Origin: Tetramitus jugosus | Taxonomy: Eukaryota; Protista; Heterolobosea | Direction: 5' to 3' | DNA: 64,000 nt | NCBI GenBank assembly: GCA_937625935.1 | Contig: OW569344.1 | Location: 248,001-312,000 of the forward strand | Shown here: in pieces, positions 9,623 to 22,694 of the stretch | How positions within the stretch are numbered: position 1 is the stretch's first letter | How the letters are laid out: each line of letters begins with the position of its first letter | The notes under the pieces: model-generated | Told to the model about the DNA's origin: nothing | Database searches by the model: none | Seen by the model: the letters and a program-made list of their open reading frames with translations, nothing else | Position numbers and translations under genes: made by a program

Positions 9623-10849
9623 ATGGGCAAAAGATTTTTTAAAGGTGGCAGCGGTGGTGGAGGTGGTGGAAAAAGATTCCGACGTAATCGATCACTCAGC
9701 GAGTACAATAAAATCAAAGGAATTCTCTACACGTGTTCCACGGGCAAGGAATATGATGCATCTCAGGAGGCGATCAATCTCATGACAGAGTACTCTGAAG
9801 AGATGATTGAAGAGTTGGAAGACAGTGAAGAATTTATCAATGATGACGATAATGATGACAATGAAAATGAAAACAGTGCAAAGAAGAGTAGCGAAACCGA
9901 TGCAAGTAGTGAGAACAAGGAAAGTGATGACGCGCAGCAGAGCAATAAGAGTAGTAGCGAGTCGAATAAATCACGGCCGATTGATCCCACAGATGTGAGC
10001 AAACACTTGGAACAAGAAGTCAACAGGTTAAAGGAAGAAAAAGTGTTCGAGGCACTTGATACGGGTGTTCAGGGTATGATCTTCATTCGGATCAATCATC
10101 GGTTGTTGTGTCCAGTGAAGCTCCTGACACACATGTTTGAGAAGTTTATGGAATCGGAGCTGAATATCAATTGCAGATTTATTCAGAGATGCATTCCTGT
10201 TACTTCGACAAGTCATGCGAAGTTGGACAACTTTAAACAAATGGTGGATCATCAAATGAAAAAGTACACTAAAGGATTGAATTATGACGATCCAAACACT
10301 GTTAGACCCATGTTTGTTCTGTACGGAGTGGTGTACAAGGCGGTGTATTCCACTAATTCGATTACGAAGCAAAACTGTTTGGATACTGTGACTCCTGCAA
10401 TGCCTAGAAATCATGTCGTCGATCTAAAGAAACCAAATGTTGTCATATTCGTTTATGTGATCAAGAGTGTGGCCACATTCAGCATCGTAACAGGTTATTC
10501 TCGATTGCTCGAATTCAACATCAACTCTGTGCGAAAGATGCACGATGAAAACAGGAAGGCGAGAATGAAGGAACAAGAGGAAGAATCAAGCAAGCAAGAG
10601 TCAGTAGTGTCTTCTACTGTGGCTTCAGATGTGATTGAATCAGAGTTTCCACAACAATCTGAGCCGGTGACTCGTGCATTGCATCTCGAAGAGGAACCAA
10701 ACCAAACAACACCAATTGAGGATCAAGCCACGACTCAACCTCCCTCTGATGAAGGTGCAACACAAGAACAGAACCCAACAAAGAAGTCTTCTGCCGCACC
10801 AAAAAAGAAAAAGAAGGGTCAAACTTTTGGTGGTGTTCGTCTCTTCTAA
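9623..10849 (+). CDS. THUMPD1: THUMP-domain protein 1 (Tan1-like tRNA acetylation adaptor)
   Basis: 'KGILYTC..GKE..A.QEAINL', 'LEQEV..L', 'RFIQRCIPV', 'HVVDLKKPNVVIFV' and 'FNI' match THUMPD1/Tan1. Confidence 0.85.
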   Translation: MGKRFFKGGSGGGGGGKRFRRNRSLSEYNKIKGILYTCSTGKEYDASQEAINLMTEYSEEMIEELEDSEEFINDDDNDDNENENSAKKSSETDASSENKESDDAQQSNKSSSESNKSRPIDPTDVSKHLEQEVNRLKEEKVFEALDTGVQGMIFIRINHRLLCPVKLLTHMFEKFMESELNINCRFIQRCIPVTSTSHAKLDNFKQMVDHQMKKYTKGLNYDDPNTVRPMFVLYGVVYKAVYSTNSITKQNCLDTVTPAMPRNHVVDLKKPNVVIFVYVIKSVATFSIVTGYSRLLEFNINSVRKMHDENRKARMKEQEEESSKQESVVSSTVASDVIESEFPQQSEPVTRALHLEEEPNQTTPIEDQATTQPPSDEGATQEQNPTKKSSAAPKKKKKGQTFGGVRLF

Positions 10850-11033
10850 TTGCTTCCATTGCATGAATACAATATTTTTAATTCTCCGAAGTTATTTCGT
10901 CTAGGTAAGAACTTCAAAACACAGAATGAACTTGTTGTTGCCGCGATATTTCTGTCTGACAGGAACATCAAACACCTGAACAAACAAGTCAACCACAACA
11001 ACAAACCCAACACAATACTGGGAAACAGCAAAC

Positions 11034-13739
11034 ATGTCTAGTTATATTGCATGGTTCGAACAATCAGATGACTCTGATGTTGAATCTTTCATTGAAGAAG
11101 AAGCATGGGCCAGACAATACATGTACAACAAGGATAACAAGGCTAACGAGTCAAATGGTGAACAATCATTTGAAGGGGAACACAAATTCCAAGATCAAGA
11201 CTCTGAATATGCAGTTGGAGAAGAAGAAGAAGAAAACGAGCAGTCATTGGAGATCAAGAACAAGAATGATCAAAAGAAGAAGAAGAAGAAAAAGAAGAAG
11301 AAGACCAAGGCTGTGAACACGGATCAAGATGGACAGAAAATCAATATCCAGTATGTGGACGTTGAGAATGATGAATTCTTTTTGCGAATGAAGCACGAAG
11401 AGATGGAACGTGTGAGAGAACACATGGAGAAGACGAGAGCGAGAGCCAAGGACTTGAATCAAATTGATTTCTGTGCTTCGTTTCTCCAGTGCTTCAAGAT
11501 GAGTTTTACCAAGGAGTCAAAATTGTCGACCAATCGACATCGTGCGAACGAATTGGAAGATGAATCTTCAACGCTCATGCCATTGGGCAAGAACTCATCA
11601 TCAAAACGGACAGCACCCATTGTCTTGAAAAGACACAGTCAAACAATGTGTTACTATGGAAATCAGTTGTTTATGTTTGGAGGCACGAATGAACACTTTA
11701 GGTTCAGTGATCTCATCGCATACGATATGGATACAAAGACCTGGAGAAATATTCGTGTGGAAGAGATCCACACGGGCAAACCATTGAATGTTCGCCCTCC
11801 AACAAGCTTTATGTTCTCCATGAGTAATCATTTGGTTCTGTACACATCAGGTAATTCATTTTTCATAATGGAGAGAGCATTGGAAAGATCAATGGACAAA
11901 TACCCAGACGAAATCTCTTACCGCCACTATAATTGTACTCATAATAGTGCATCCATCGATACTACTGCGGTTATGGTCAAGGATTACTCTGCTGCTACTG
12001 TAGGAACCAAATTGTATACATTTGGTGGTACTGTAGATGGTTTCAGTACTCAAATTTTGCAAATATTTTCCTTCACTACATCAAGAACTGGTCAGCTGGT
12101 CGTTGAAAAGTTTCCATCATTCTATACAAGTTCATATGGAAGACCACCTCCAAGATCCAAGCATGGCTGTGCAGTCATTGGTACTGACCTCTACATTTTT
12201 GGTGGCTACTGTGAAAGAAAGAACGTCAACTATCACCATACCAAAAAGCTGATGTACAATGATATGTTCGTATACAGGGCAACATCTGATACATGGAAGG
12301 AAGTTGACGTGAAGGGAGTTTCTCCACCACCAATGTACGGCTTCTCCATGACTGCTATCCATCACTTTATTTATGTGTATGGTGGATTTACGGAAGATGA
12401 GGAAATTCAGTCGGATATCTATCGATTCGACACCAAGAATCTCTCTTGGTCTGTAATTCTTGTGAGAGGTGTTTCCTTCCCATCTACATCATCGCCAACA
12501 GATTATCAGGTACCTTGTGCACAGCATACTGCTGTTGAAATTAATGGAAATCGAATTGCGATTGTTGGAGGTGTATATGATTCAGAGACTCAGAAGAAGG
12601 TTGTTTATCCAAACAACTTTTTGATCATCAATGAAGCTAGTGATGAAGGAACGGGAAAGCAACTTATTGATTACTTGTGGTCCTGCGTTGAAAAGGATCA
12701 TTATTCCGATCTACACCTTCGCTGCGCAGATAGGCAGACAGGTGAAGCAGTGTATCTTACTGTTCATAGAGCAATGTTGGCTGCTCGATCTCCTTACTTT
12801 GCCAAGTTGTTGCAAGAGTTTGAGCCAGTCGAGTTTACTGAAGAAGGTGTTGCTATTATGGAAATCACTGATTATTACTCTGATACAGTGCTATCATTTG
12901 TTCGATTCTTGTACAAGGCTGAACTTAAGGTTAGTGGTGCACAACAAGTTCTCGATATTTTGAAATGTAGTGAGGAATGGGGTCATTTTGACACATTGGC
13001 CGCTATTTGCAATGGTGGTTCACGATACTTGGATTTGTCCGCGAAGGTTATGACAGACTTGACAAATGACTTCAAACGTCTCTTTTTGGAGAGTATCGAA
13101 GAATTTGATTGGGAGAGCATTCCTGATCTCTTCATGTTCGATGTCCTCCCTAACAAGAGCTCTGATGGCTTGAAGAAGTATACAGATGCATGTGTTCAAT
13201 TGTTGAATGATGACAACGAAGTGTCCCTCAAGTTGACAGGACACAAACTGTTCCTTTGCAGAGCCCAACATATCTTTAATGCGTTCAATTCTGGCATGGA
13301 AGAAACCTTGACAAGCAATATTCAATTCAACGGTCTTTCTCGAGAAGGTCTCATGGGAGTTCTCAAGTTCCTTTACACGGATGAAATTGATGTCAACCCT
13401 GAGATTGCCATCGAAGTACTATTGGCATCTCACATGTTCAATCTTCCTATTCTATCTAGCTACTGCTGCAAGGTAATTATGGAAAATGTGGACAAGGGTA
13501 ATGTACTTCAGATTTTGGATATTGCGGACACTTATCACAATGCAGAACTGAGAAGAAGGTGCTTAACATTCTTTATGAAACATCATGCAGAGTTGAGAAA
13601 GGATGAGGCTTTCTCGTTCCTCTCCGATGACTTGAAGAGAGTAGTTGACATGGATCTCATCCCTCAGACATTAAAGCTCGAAATGAGAAGGAAGAGGAGA
13701 GATATGTTGCGCTACAAGAATCGAGTCAACAAAAAATAA
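11034..13739 (+). CDS. Kelch-repeat plus two BTB/BACK domain protein (LZTR1-like CUL3 adaptor)
   Basis: Kelch repeats with GG motifs ('LFMFGG', 'LYIFGG', 'IYVYGG') followed by BTB1 'VHRAMLAARSPYF' and BTB2 'GHKLFLCRA...FLYTDEI'. Confidence 0.85.
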   Translation: MSSYIAWFEQSDDSDVESFIEEEAWARQYMYNKDNKANESNGEQSFEGEHKFQDQDSEYAVGEEEEENEQSLEIKNKNDQKKKKKKKKKKTKAVNTDQDGQKINIQYVDVENDEFFLRMKHEEMERVREHMEKTRARAKDLNQIDFCASFLQCFKMSFTKESKLSTNRHRANELEDESSTLMPLGKNSSSKRTAPIVLKRHSQTMCYYGNQLFMFGGTNEHFRFSDLIAYDMDTKTWRNIRVEEIHTGKPLNVRPPTSFMFSMSNHLVLYTSGNSFFIMERALERSMDKYPDEISYRHYNCTHNSASIDTTAVMVKDYSAATVGTKLYTFGGTVDGFSTQILQIFSFTTSRTGQLVVEKFPSFYTSSYGRPPPRSKHGCAVIGTDLYIFGGYCERKNVNYHHTKKLMYNDMFVYRATSDTWKEVDVKGVSPPPMYGFSMTAIHHFIYVYGGFTEDEEIQSDIYRFDTKNLSWSVILVRGVSFPSTSSPTDYQVPCAQHTAVEINGNRIAIVGGVYDSETQKKVVYPNNFLIINEASDEGTGKQLIDYLWSCVEKDHYSDLHLRCADRQTGEAVYLTVHRAMLAARSPYFAKLLQEFEPVEFTEEGVAIMEITDYYSDTVLSFVRFLYKAELKVSGAQQVLDILKCSEEWGHFDTLAAICNGGSRYLDLSAKVMTDLTNDFKRLFLESIEEFDWESIPDLFMFDVLPNKSSDGLKKYTDACVQLLNDDNEVSLKLTGHKLFLCRAQHIFNAFNSGMEETLTSNIQFNGLSREGLMGVLKFLYTDEIDVNPEIAIEVLLASHMFNLPILSSYCCKVIMENVDKGNVLQILDIADTYHNAELRRRCLTFFMKHHAELRKDEAFSFLSDDLKRVVDMDLIPQTLKLEMRRKRRDMLRYKNRVNKK

Positions 13740-13753
13740 ATGGTACAAAGGAA

Positions 13754-14776
13754 CTACTCCAAATCTGCTTCAATCTCCCTTTCTCGTTGCGCTTTTGCTG
13801 CCTCTCTCTGTGCCAATGCTGTTCGATCTGTCCTGTTCAGAGGCATAAAATACATAATTACAAACGATATGATAAAGAACCAGTGCAGAGCTTCGACACA
13901 AGACCGAGCAATGACCTTTGCCTTTTCTTTTGACTTTGATTTGTCCAAATACACAACAATTTTGCCAACCAGGAAGCACACTTGTCTCAACATCATCAAG
14001 CATGATAGAATAATATAAATTATCGATGCTCTCTTGGCTCTCAATACAACCTCGAATTCAGTCTCTCCCACTTCCGTTCTTGCATACACCACGGTATTGC
14101 AGAATCGTTGTTGTTCTTTTGTCACATAAATCACCTTGGCACATAACATCACCGTTAAGGGTAAGAAGATAAACATGGGCAAGAGCAGCACGACATCCGA
14201 TAGGATTTTAACACTCATTATACTGCGTCCATTAAATGTAATCATGGATGCATCAGTCACATCAAACGTAATCAACAATGGACATAGAATCAGAGTCATC
14301 AGCACACAAAAACCCTTGATTCCAAACACGCCCGTTATTCGTCTCTCATACAGCGCAATGGGCAGCACTTGAATATCTACGAGATATGCCTTCCAAAAAG
14401 CACTGTACAATAGCAGCATCACAAAACAAATCAAACAACAATTTGTAACAGTGTTGTTGAACACTGCAAGACCGGTCAACCACTGGATAACAGATGAAGA
14501 CCTTCCTGTCGGCTGGGTCTTCTCTTGGATCGCCACTAAAATGTTACAAACATGCACAAACGAGTCAAATAGAGCAAACAGGGATGCACACAGACAGAAG
14601 AAGACACAAAAGCTACGTGTCATGCTGCCTAGTTTCTTTGAGGATTTGTCATACTCTCGTCGTGATTCAGCAATCAGTATACCGAGGAGAATGAACAACA
14701 AGATGGTGTTTACCGAGAGCATACAGATGGAGGAACCCATGAGTGACTTCCACTCAGCAACCGAAGTGATCTTCAT
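13754..14776 (-). CDS. Seven-transmembrane (GPCR-like) membrane protein
   Basis: 340 aa with about 7 hydrophobic segments and a charged C-tail. No family motif recognised. Confidence 0.6.
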   Translation of the reverse strand: MKITSVAEWKSLMGSSICMLSVNTILLFILLGILIAESRREYDKSSKKLGSMTRSFCVFFCLCASLFALFDSFVHVCNILVAIQEKTQPTGRSSSVIQWLTGLAVFNNTVTNCCLICFVMLLLYSAFWKAYLVDIQVLPIALYERRITGVFGIKGFCVLMTLILCPLLITFDVTDASMITFNGRSIMSVKILSDVVLLLPMFIFLPLTVMLCAKVIYVTKEQQRFCNTVVYARTEVGETEFEVVLRAKRASIIYIILSCLMMLRQVCFLVGKIVVYLDKSKSKEKAKVIARSCVEALHWFFIISFVIMYFMPLNRTDRTALAQREAAKAQREREIEADLE

Positions 14777-14891
14777 TTTTCTTCTTTGATTCTTTTTTTA
14801 TGAATGGTTTGATTGAAGCAGAAATTGAAGACTTGGGGAATTAGGGGTCGTTTGGTTTATTGGAAGGGAAACTGTGCTCAAAACAGATGAC

Positions 14892-17800
14892 TTAGCACAT
14901 GACACCTTCGAATTTTTGTTGGTACTTGTCGTAGACAACGGACCAAATGTTCTGGTAGGAGGCAGTCACCTTTTCTCTGATAAATCTCGCAGCTTCCTTC
15001 TCAGGCTTGTCAGCACAGAATCTAGCCTTCAAGTTCTTGATTGCATCCTGTTTGAAGCAAGGAAGTTCACTCTGCAGCATGACCTCGACAATGGAAACAA
15101 TAGAGTCCATGTGATCTCTCGATGCTAAGAAACCTCTCACAACCAAGTCGACAAATAAGTTAAATGGTTCAGCGTGATCCTGGGCTTGGATTGGCTCATC
15201 ATAACCAACACCATTCGTATTAGGATCCATGCTCAATGTGACATTGTGAGTTGGGATCATTGATTGCTGCTTTGCTTGTTGTTGCTTCTCCTTGGATACG
15301 TTCTCTCCCATGAGCAGCAACATTTCATACGTGAGCTTGAATGGAACTCGAACTTCGATACCATAGTTACCACCAGGCGCAATATCAAAGATGAAACCAA
15401 AATCAATGTGAATCAAGTGACCATCCTCATCAACCAACAAGTTACCATTGTGTCTATCCTTGATATTAAGAATATAAGACACAACAGAATAGGCAGCCAT
15501 ACTCTCGATAAAGTTCTTTCGAGCACGTTGAAATTCAATAGTATTCTCATGACCGTATTTCTTGATAAAGTAGTCGTACAAGTCACCTTCTGTCACACCT
15601 CCCAAGTCATGACGCGATTTGGAGTTTGGCACACATTCAATAATACCCATATCTCTGCCAGTAGTAATCACTCTGTATGGATACAGGTACAATGGTAGCT
15701 CTAATCTCTTGAAAACTTGCTTGAACATTGAAATAATTTGCAAGGCGAGTTGATCTTGTCTACAATCATCACCCATCTTGAAAATCAAGTTTCTGACTTG
15801 AGGCTGAGTCAAAGCATAAATTTGCTTCTCCTTCTCTGAGAGCTCCTGGCCAATGTCTAGACCACGAGGTCGCTCTTTGACGACAAATGGTACGAGAATT
15901 GGCACCTTCTTCGCTGATTTCAAGGTAATACAGCCCTTTGGTTCAAAATTAAGAATTTGATATTTTGTGTCCGTTGGTGGATACAAATTGGCAGAGGTTG
16001 AGATTTGAGCCATTGCTTCTTGAAGTCTTCCAGTTCTTAACTCTTTTTCTACAGGGATCAGATCACCAGAAATCTTGTTGAGTTGATCAAAGAAGCCAAA
16101 CTCCTCCTCATAAAGAGCCAGCTGATGTACATCTAGAATCTTGAAGACTTCATCGTTCAATAGCTGGCAAAGAGAACTAATTTCAATGTCTGCAGGCTTC
16201 AAGTGCTCAGTCTCTTCATAATCATTTGGAATAATTTCTGTTCTAAGTGTCCAAATCAATTGATGGGCAAACATAACACTTCTCTTTGAAATATTCAGTA
16301 AAAATCGCTTCAAGATACCTCTATGATCATGTCTTAAGCATTGAACCAATTGTGGAAGATAAAACACGACTGCTTCTGGTGAGAACTTGCGCAAAGTACG
16401 GATAGCGAACTGCGCGACCAGTGGACTCTGGACATACGGCACATTGAGGAAGGTTAGAGCCACAGATAACGTAGCAGGAGCCCAGTTCAATAAATATTTG
16501 AGTTCATCAATCTTGTTTTCAACGTTAAATGGTGTAACCAGATACGTAACAGCATCTGGAATGTCAACCAATGTAGCAGCACAATCCTTCACATATTTTT
16601 GTAACTCAATACGGATTATATCTAATGGGAAGCGGATTGGTAATCGAAGGGCCAATTTTGGAGAGAAAGCCCAAGCAGTATCGATATACATCTTCCATGT
16701 TCTTGGATCAATTATCTTTTGGGTGACAATCGAGTTATCAGCATTAGCATGTGCGATAGCTTCATCCGCATTTTGAGGCTCGTGCCAGATAATCATTCTT
16801 TCAATTTCATGAGAAATTAACAAAACGATAAGGCTAATCAAATTAGAAGCCTTGGAAGAGTATGTACCATTGGAAGTAGTGGTTTTGGTCGTGCCCGTAG
16901 TTGATCTAGCTTTAGAACTTCCAGAACCTGATCCGAAGATGGTGCTCCTTCGCTCGCTGTAGCCACTCTTGGAATCTGAATAAAGATTCAAGTCAAATCC
17001 ATTTGAGCGGCTGGCACTTGCGGAAGTAAACTCGAGAGACAACTTTCTGTTCAGCTCCTTCAGTACGCGACAATCTTCCTCGACAGTCATCACTGAACCT
17101 GGATCGTACCAAGTAGGATGCAAGGTGAACCAATTCAAAATAGCAGAGTATGTTCTATCCCGAAGCATAGAAATAGGCAAGTCAAATGGTTCAGCATGCT
17201 TTGCCACAATAATTCCCAACAAGCACAAACGGAAACGAGTTCCTAAGCTGTTATGATTCGTACTCAAGATTGTAGGATCTTCGAATGAACTCATCAAAAT
17301 CTTGAAGAAAACAGAAATAATGTCCTTGCCAGCATTACTCATCACTTGGAATCGTTCAGCCAAATAGTTAATCCAGATTCTGTGTGGTTTGGTATCATCA
17401 AGATTCTCTTCTACATCTGGAATTTCGACAGCTAACTCGATAGCACCTTCGTTGGCAACACTGTTGAACAAACCAAGTCGTTGATTAATTGTCCAAGACC
17501 AAGCATGAGCAATTTCGGTTAACAAAACTAACTCAAACTCAGGACGATATGAACTGACCCATCGCCAACAAAACACGGCAGTGTCCATGGTATCCTTTTT
17601 CATCAAGAACACTGGAGTCCAAACAATCCACTGCAACAACTTGATCTTCAATGCTTGCTCTCCAACAATGAAAGCAGTTGCAAGTTGCATATAGTGATTG
17701 AATTTTGTGATATCAAGATTAGACTTATCTCTAATACACTCTGACAAATTGTTCATAAATAATTGTTCGAGATCTCTGTTCTCAAAAGCAGCAATCTTTC

Positions 17801-20800
17801 TGAGTGCATCGATCTCTCCGTTGTGATACGACTGAACAGAAACAGATTGAGTCATGGCATAGAAACGACCTTCACTCAATGTGGATAATCCCTTTCTGCG
17901 ATCCTTGACCAAAACTTGTGAGTTCATTTTTTGCAAATACTCAGTTGGCATAGTCATATAAACAGCCAATGAATAACCAATATGTTGAAGTTGTCCATTC
18001 AATGATCTACTAAACTTCAAGAGGTACTCTTCCAGATGCGATTTGACGATATTAGGGAAATATGTCAGTGCGACCTTTATCCAGTCGAGAGCTAACTTCT
18101 GGAATCTCTCTAACATTTTCTCTCGAGCAGAAAAGTTTTCAGGCAAGTAGAGTGTGTCCATTTCATTCGAGTCCTCAAGAGGAATCTGAATGGATACAAT
18201 ATCGGTTGTTCTTCCAATATCGGAGCGTTCGTACAAAGCACTCAGAAGATCCAAAAGTGTCTTGATACAACGATAGCTCCAAAAAACATGAGGGAAAGCC
18301 TTCGTCATGATCGAAATAAAGACCATGCTGCTCTTTCTGATGGCATCTGATCGACTACAGAAACTCTTTAACAAAAATATGACTTCCAATTCAATCATGT
18401 TAGTCGTGTCCTGTTCTCTTGAGGTGACAAAGTCTTTCCATTTCAAGAATGATTTGTCTGTAACAGAAACAAGACATTTGAAGAACTCTGGATTTCCAGC
18501 GAGTCCATGATCTCCCAAATATTGAAGACTGTATCTGAAAGTTCCAGATTTGGCTCTCAATGTTTCCAAGTAGTACACAGAAAGTAGGTAAATGGTTCTT
18601 GCCATGTCGAACTTCTTGATAAATGCTTGAGGAACAGTTGTTAGATCACTGTGACCTTGATTGTTGGCCACAACAGCATAGAGCTGATTCTGATACTCAA
18701 TCAGTGGAAGAACCAAGCGACTCTTATCAATCAGAACGTTTAACTCCTTTTCAATCTCCAAGAAGCTGTATGACTTCTTTGAGTGACTCGTTAACACCGG
18801 AGCATATATGGCAATATCTTGGCAAGCATCAGTGAATTCAAACTTCCATTGTTCCTTGAAATTAAAGAAGTCAAACAATACACAGTAGAACCACATGGTT
18901 CTCACCAACTTTTGAATATCTGGACTGCATTCAGTAGGATTAGCATTTAGACTTCTTAATTGCTTGGCTATGACGGGAAGCAAAATACCGATGTGCTGAC
19001 CAAACTCTCTCTGTCTTGTCTTGTTGGCAGAATCAGATTGAATTTCAGAAGCAATCTTAATAAATAACTTAATTGTACGCATCAATAGAGTTGCTTTGAG
19101 CTTTGAATTCGTTAAATTATCAAGAATGATATAAATCGAATTCGTTAAAACCATTCCGAGAGTTGTGTCTGTGGAGTGGAGAGGATTTTGGTGAATACCA
19201 AATATAATGTCCACAACTTCTTCAAATGATTTCTCATCACCTAAATGTGCAATCTTAGCCAACTGTCCAGTAGTGATGACATCGGTTGTTCCCTCCAACT
19301 TTTTTCTAGCAAACTGACCCATCAACACCGGTCGAATCAGCTCTGTTACACTTGGTTGATTGAGCTGTAGAGCAATCTCTCCAAAGATGATAATTCTCAT
19401 GTTATTTTTCTCCACCTCCTTTTCCATATAAATACTGTTAGAAATGGCATAAACAACAGAAGATATGTTGCTCAGACTATTCTTCACATAATCATTCTTC
19501 AAAATGGAGCACAATGCATTGATTGGCATATTTTTGATTCTTTCGCTCTTATCGACAATGTTTTCAGCAAATTCACGCAGTGTTTTAACACCAGCTGTTG
19601 TTAAACTAGAATCCTCAATGCTTAGAGTTGATATTGCCTGAACAACTGGTTCGTATACCTTTTCTTCATCACTGGTTTGACCATATTCGTGTACAGCTTG
19701 AAGAATGTTACTCAATTCCAAGAAAACTGTATGTCTAAACTGCTTTCTCACAACAGCAATCTGTGTCGCCAACTCTACCGAGTGGATGAATAATTTTACA
19801 GCAGACCCAGTGCCAGCACCCTTCTTTGCTGAGAGTGTCCTCTGAATATAGTTGACCGATATATTCTTCAACGCAATGGACAAGAACCGATCATAATCAT
19901 CCTCAACCATTCCTCGATTTAACACTGTAATTCTGTACAATATTTTCACAACAAAAACCATCATGGATTTCAAGAGACGAGACTTGAAGGCCTTCATTTG
20001 TTGTGCCTGTTCATTCTTCTGAATAGAGGTTGTGATGATCATAAATTGTTGAATTACATCGACAATGACTCGAATTTGATTGGGTTCAAAATTCAACAAG
20101 CCATCGGACAATCCCTTCATGATACCATACAATACACGAGTAGTGTTTCTACTCTCATATAAAACTGTTGATATATGTGTGTTAGTATCATCATCATCGT
20201 CGCATAAAAAATTTCTCTCGTCATAGTATATACTTACATTTATCAACGTGAGTCTTCATAATGTTTTGACATTGGATCATGCAATCATCAATCATCACCT
20301 TGCAAATCTCTTCACTCGTAGATGGCACCACAGTAGAAATATCGTGCAACACATTGATAAAGTGTCTAGTGAAAAAGTCTGGTGTGATGGCAGATTTGGA
20401 GTGCCACTTACAGAATGGCAAATATTTCAACAGGGACAACAAACATGGTAGAATGCGGTCCAAGTGAGCTCCCTTTGAAATGACAGAGTAGTATCCGAGA
20501 GCCAATGCTGCAACCTGTCTTGTTTCAGACTATTTCAAAAGTGTCAGTCAACAACCACTTTTCCACACGCAAAAAAAAACACACAAATAAATATCAATGA
20601 ACGAAACAAAAAAAAATTTGTTGGTGTGAGGAAAAACACGTACCAATAAAACGGGTTGTTGTTGCTGCTTTGACTCTGATGCATAATCAGTCATGATATC
20701 ATCACTGTCCAAATCCTTGTTGTTATTGCTGTCTGCTTCCGAGTTGGTCGAAGGAGAAGGAGACTTCATCTTTCCATTATTGAGACTAGTCATGATGGGG

Positions 20801-21105
20801 CACAACTTGATCAAATAATCAATGTTGGCTGATGATGTAGATTGAGCTTGTGCACTCATGGATGACTTGTTCAATTCTTGAAGTGCCAAATTCTCTGCCA
20901 ATTCAATCATAATCTTAAACTCGAATGTGGGAGAAGCACTCTTCATACCAAGACAACTCAAGTTGTGTGTGCCATGCTGTTCACCTTGGCACAGTGGTGA
21001 TGCCATCATGGCTGACATTGACACTGGTGATTTGGTGGTAGGAGAGCGTGTTCCATCTGTTGATTCACCCAGTGGTGAGACGATGGAGGTCGTGTTGGCT
21101 GTCAT
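14892..21105 (-). CDS. PI4KA: Phosphatidylinositol 4-kinase III alpha (Stt4/PI4KA), 3 exons (introns 20643-20530, 20237-20165)
   Basis: PIK helical 'FYLPQLVQCLRHD', kinase 'FKMGDDCRQDQLALQ', 'KDRHNGN' and 'IHIDFGF'. The N-terminal ORFs join in frame via GTACGT..TAG and GTAAGT..TACTAAC..CAG introns. Confidence 0.92.
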
Positions 21106-21293
21106 GTGCTTGTTTGTTTGAGAATTATTATTGATGATTTTTATGTGTGGAGCTTTTGTTGTTCGCCGCGGCAAAGTGAAAAATTTTGGTGTGTTTTGTT
21201 CGTTCGTAACGGAGTTTTTTTTTCATTTCGCCTTGGAAGTTCTCGTCGACAGGGACAGAATCTTGAATACCTGCTGAGTGATTCTTCTGTCAT

Positions 21294-22496
21294 CTAATAG
21301 TATCTGCCGCGTTCATAGGAGATAGGACTGTTGTTGTCGTAGTATGGTTGAGATGCACCATACGAGGACGAGGTATAACCACTGTAAGGTGAATGGTATG
21401 CACTGCCAGATCGATAGCGTTCATCGCTCATTGGTGCAATACCGAGAGGCACTTGAGGATTCTTGCCAAATCTCAAGTCCTCTCTTCTCTCTCTGGTACT
21501 TGGGAAATAAGTTAAGAAATTTTGGCGTTCCTGTAAATTGGAATAGGACCGATTTTGATATCTGTTCTGATGGAATCTTCGAGCTTCGTGGTCATACTCT
21601 TGTCGAGTCATTGGATCCACATACATTTCTTCCACATGCGTATCCATCGATGGATCATCGAGCTGAGCAACCATAGGGCTCATTCTCCATCTGAGATACA
21701 ACAGACGCCAAAAGAGTAGAACACCAGAGAATACAATGGCCCGAATAGAGAACAGAAACAGGGAGTAAGCTCGTTTTGGTGGTGATTCTTGCTTCGCTGC
21801 TAGTTGAGTCTCAAATAGTGAAGAATTATCCTTTGTCACATCTGCATCCTTCTCACCTTCATCCTTCTTGTCTTCCTGGTTATCGCTTGGATTCATGAAT
21901 TCATTGAATCGTTTCTTGGCTGCCAGGTACCACTGGCCAAGTTTCCGCTCCAACCATCGATATATTCTTGTTACGTACAATCGTTGATCATACTCGTATC
22001 CACCATACATGACTAACACAAATAGATATGTTAGGACACTCAACAAATAGTTTACAGACAAGTACATTAAAAACGACACTCACAATCATTGTATTGGTCC
22101 ATCAAATATTCCAATGGAGACAACAAGGAGGAAAGAACTTGAAGAATTGACGCCTCATAACTCTGACTATACTCAATCGACAACAATAACTGTTAGTTAG
22201 CATCAGATTCAATCAGATTTGTCGTGAACATCATAATGAACAACAAACCTTGTTCCTAACACTCTCCCGATAACGGTGTTCACCTTGCTCAAAACTGAGT
22301 GAACAACATGAGATGCTTTCCCTATTACTCCAGAAACGAAATCCACGACAGAGAACATTGCCTGAAGCAAATGCAACCACTCTGATTGATCTTCATTCTT
22401 GTTTGATCTCTTTGACTTCACATGCTTCATCAAGGCCGCAATATCCACTCGATCTGCATCACTCGACAATGATGATTTGATGATTGGTTTCGTCAT
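21294..22496 (-). CDS. Hypothetical membrane protein, 3 exons (introns 22248-22167, 22083-22013)
   Basis: GT-AG introns with CTAAC branch points join ORF 22209-22496 to ORF 21294-22079 in frame. One hydrophobic segment ('SLFLFSIRAIVFSGVLLFW') and a Tyr/Ser-rich tail. Confidence 0.6.
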
Positions 22497-22694
22497 TTCA
22501 TTTTTTTCGATTTTGCTTTGGGCAAAACAAAGTTTGAAACTGAAAGTTTGAATACAAGGATGATGTAAATAAAATTCAGTTCAACTGCATTCGAGTCTAC
22601 CAAACCAAGAATGATTTTATTTGCCAATGTCATGTGTGGTGAATGTCATGCATTGATGATATATAAGGCACAAAATATTTACAAATTGTAATCT

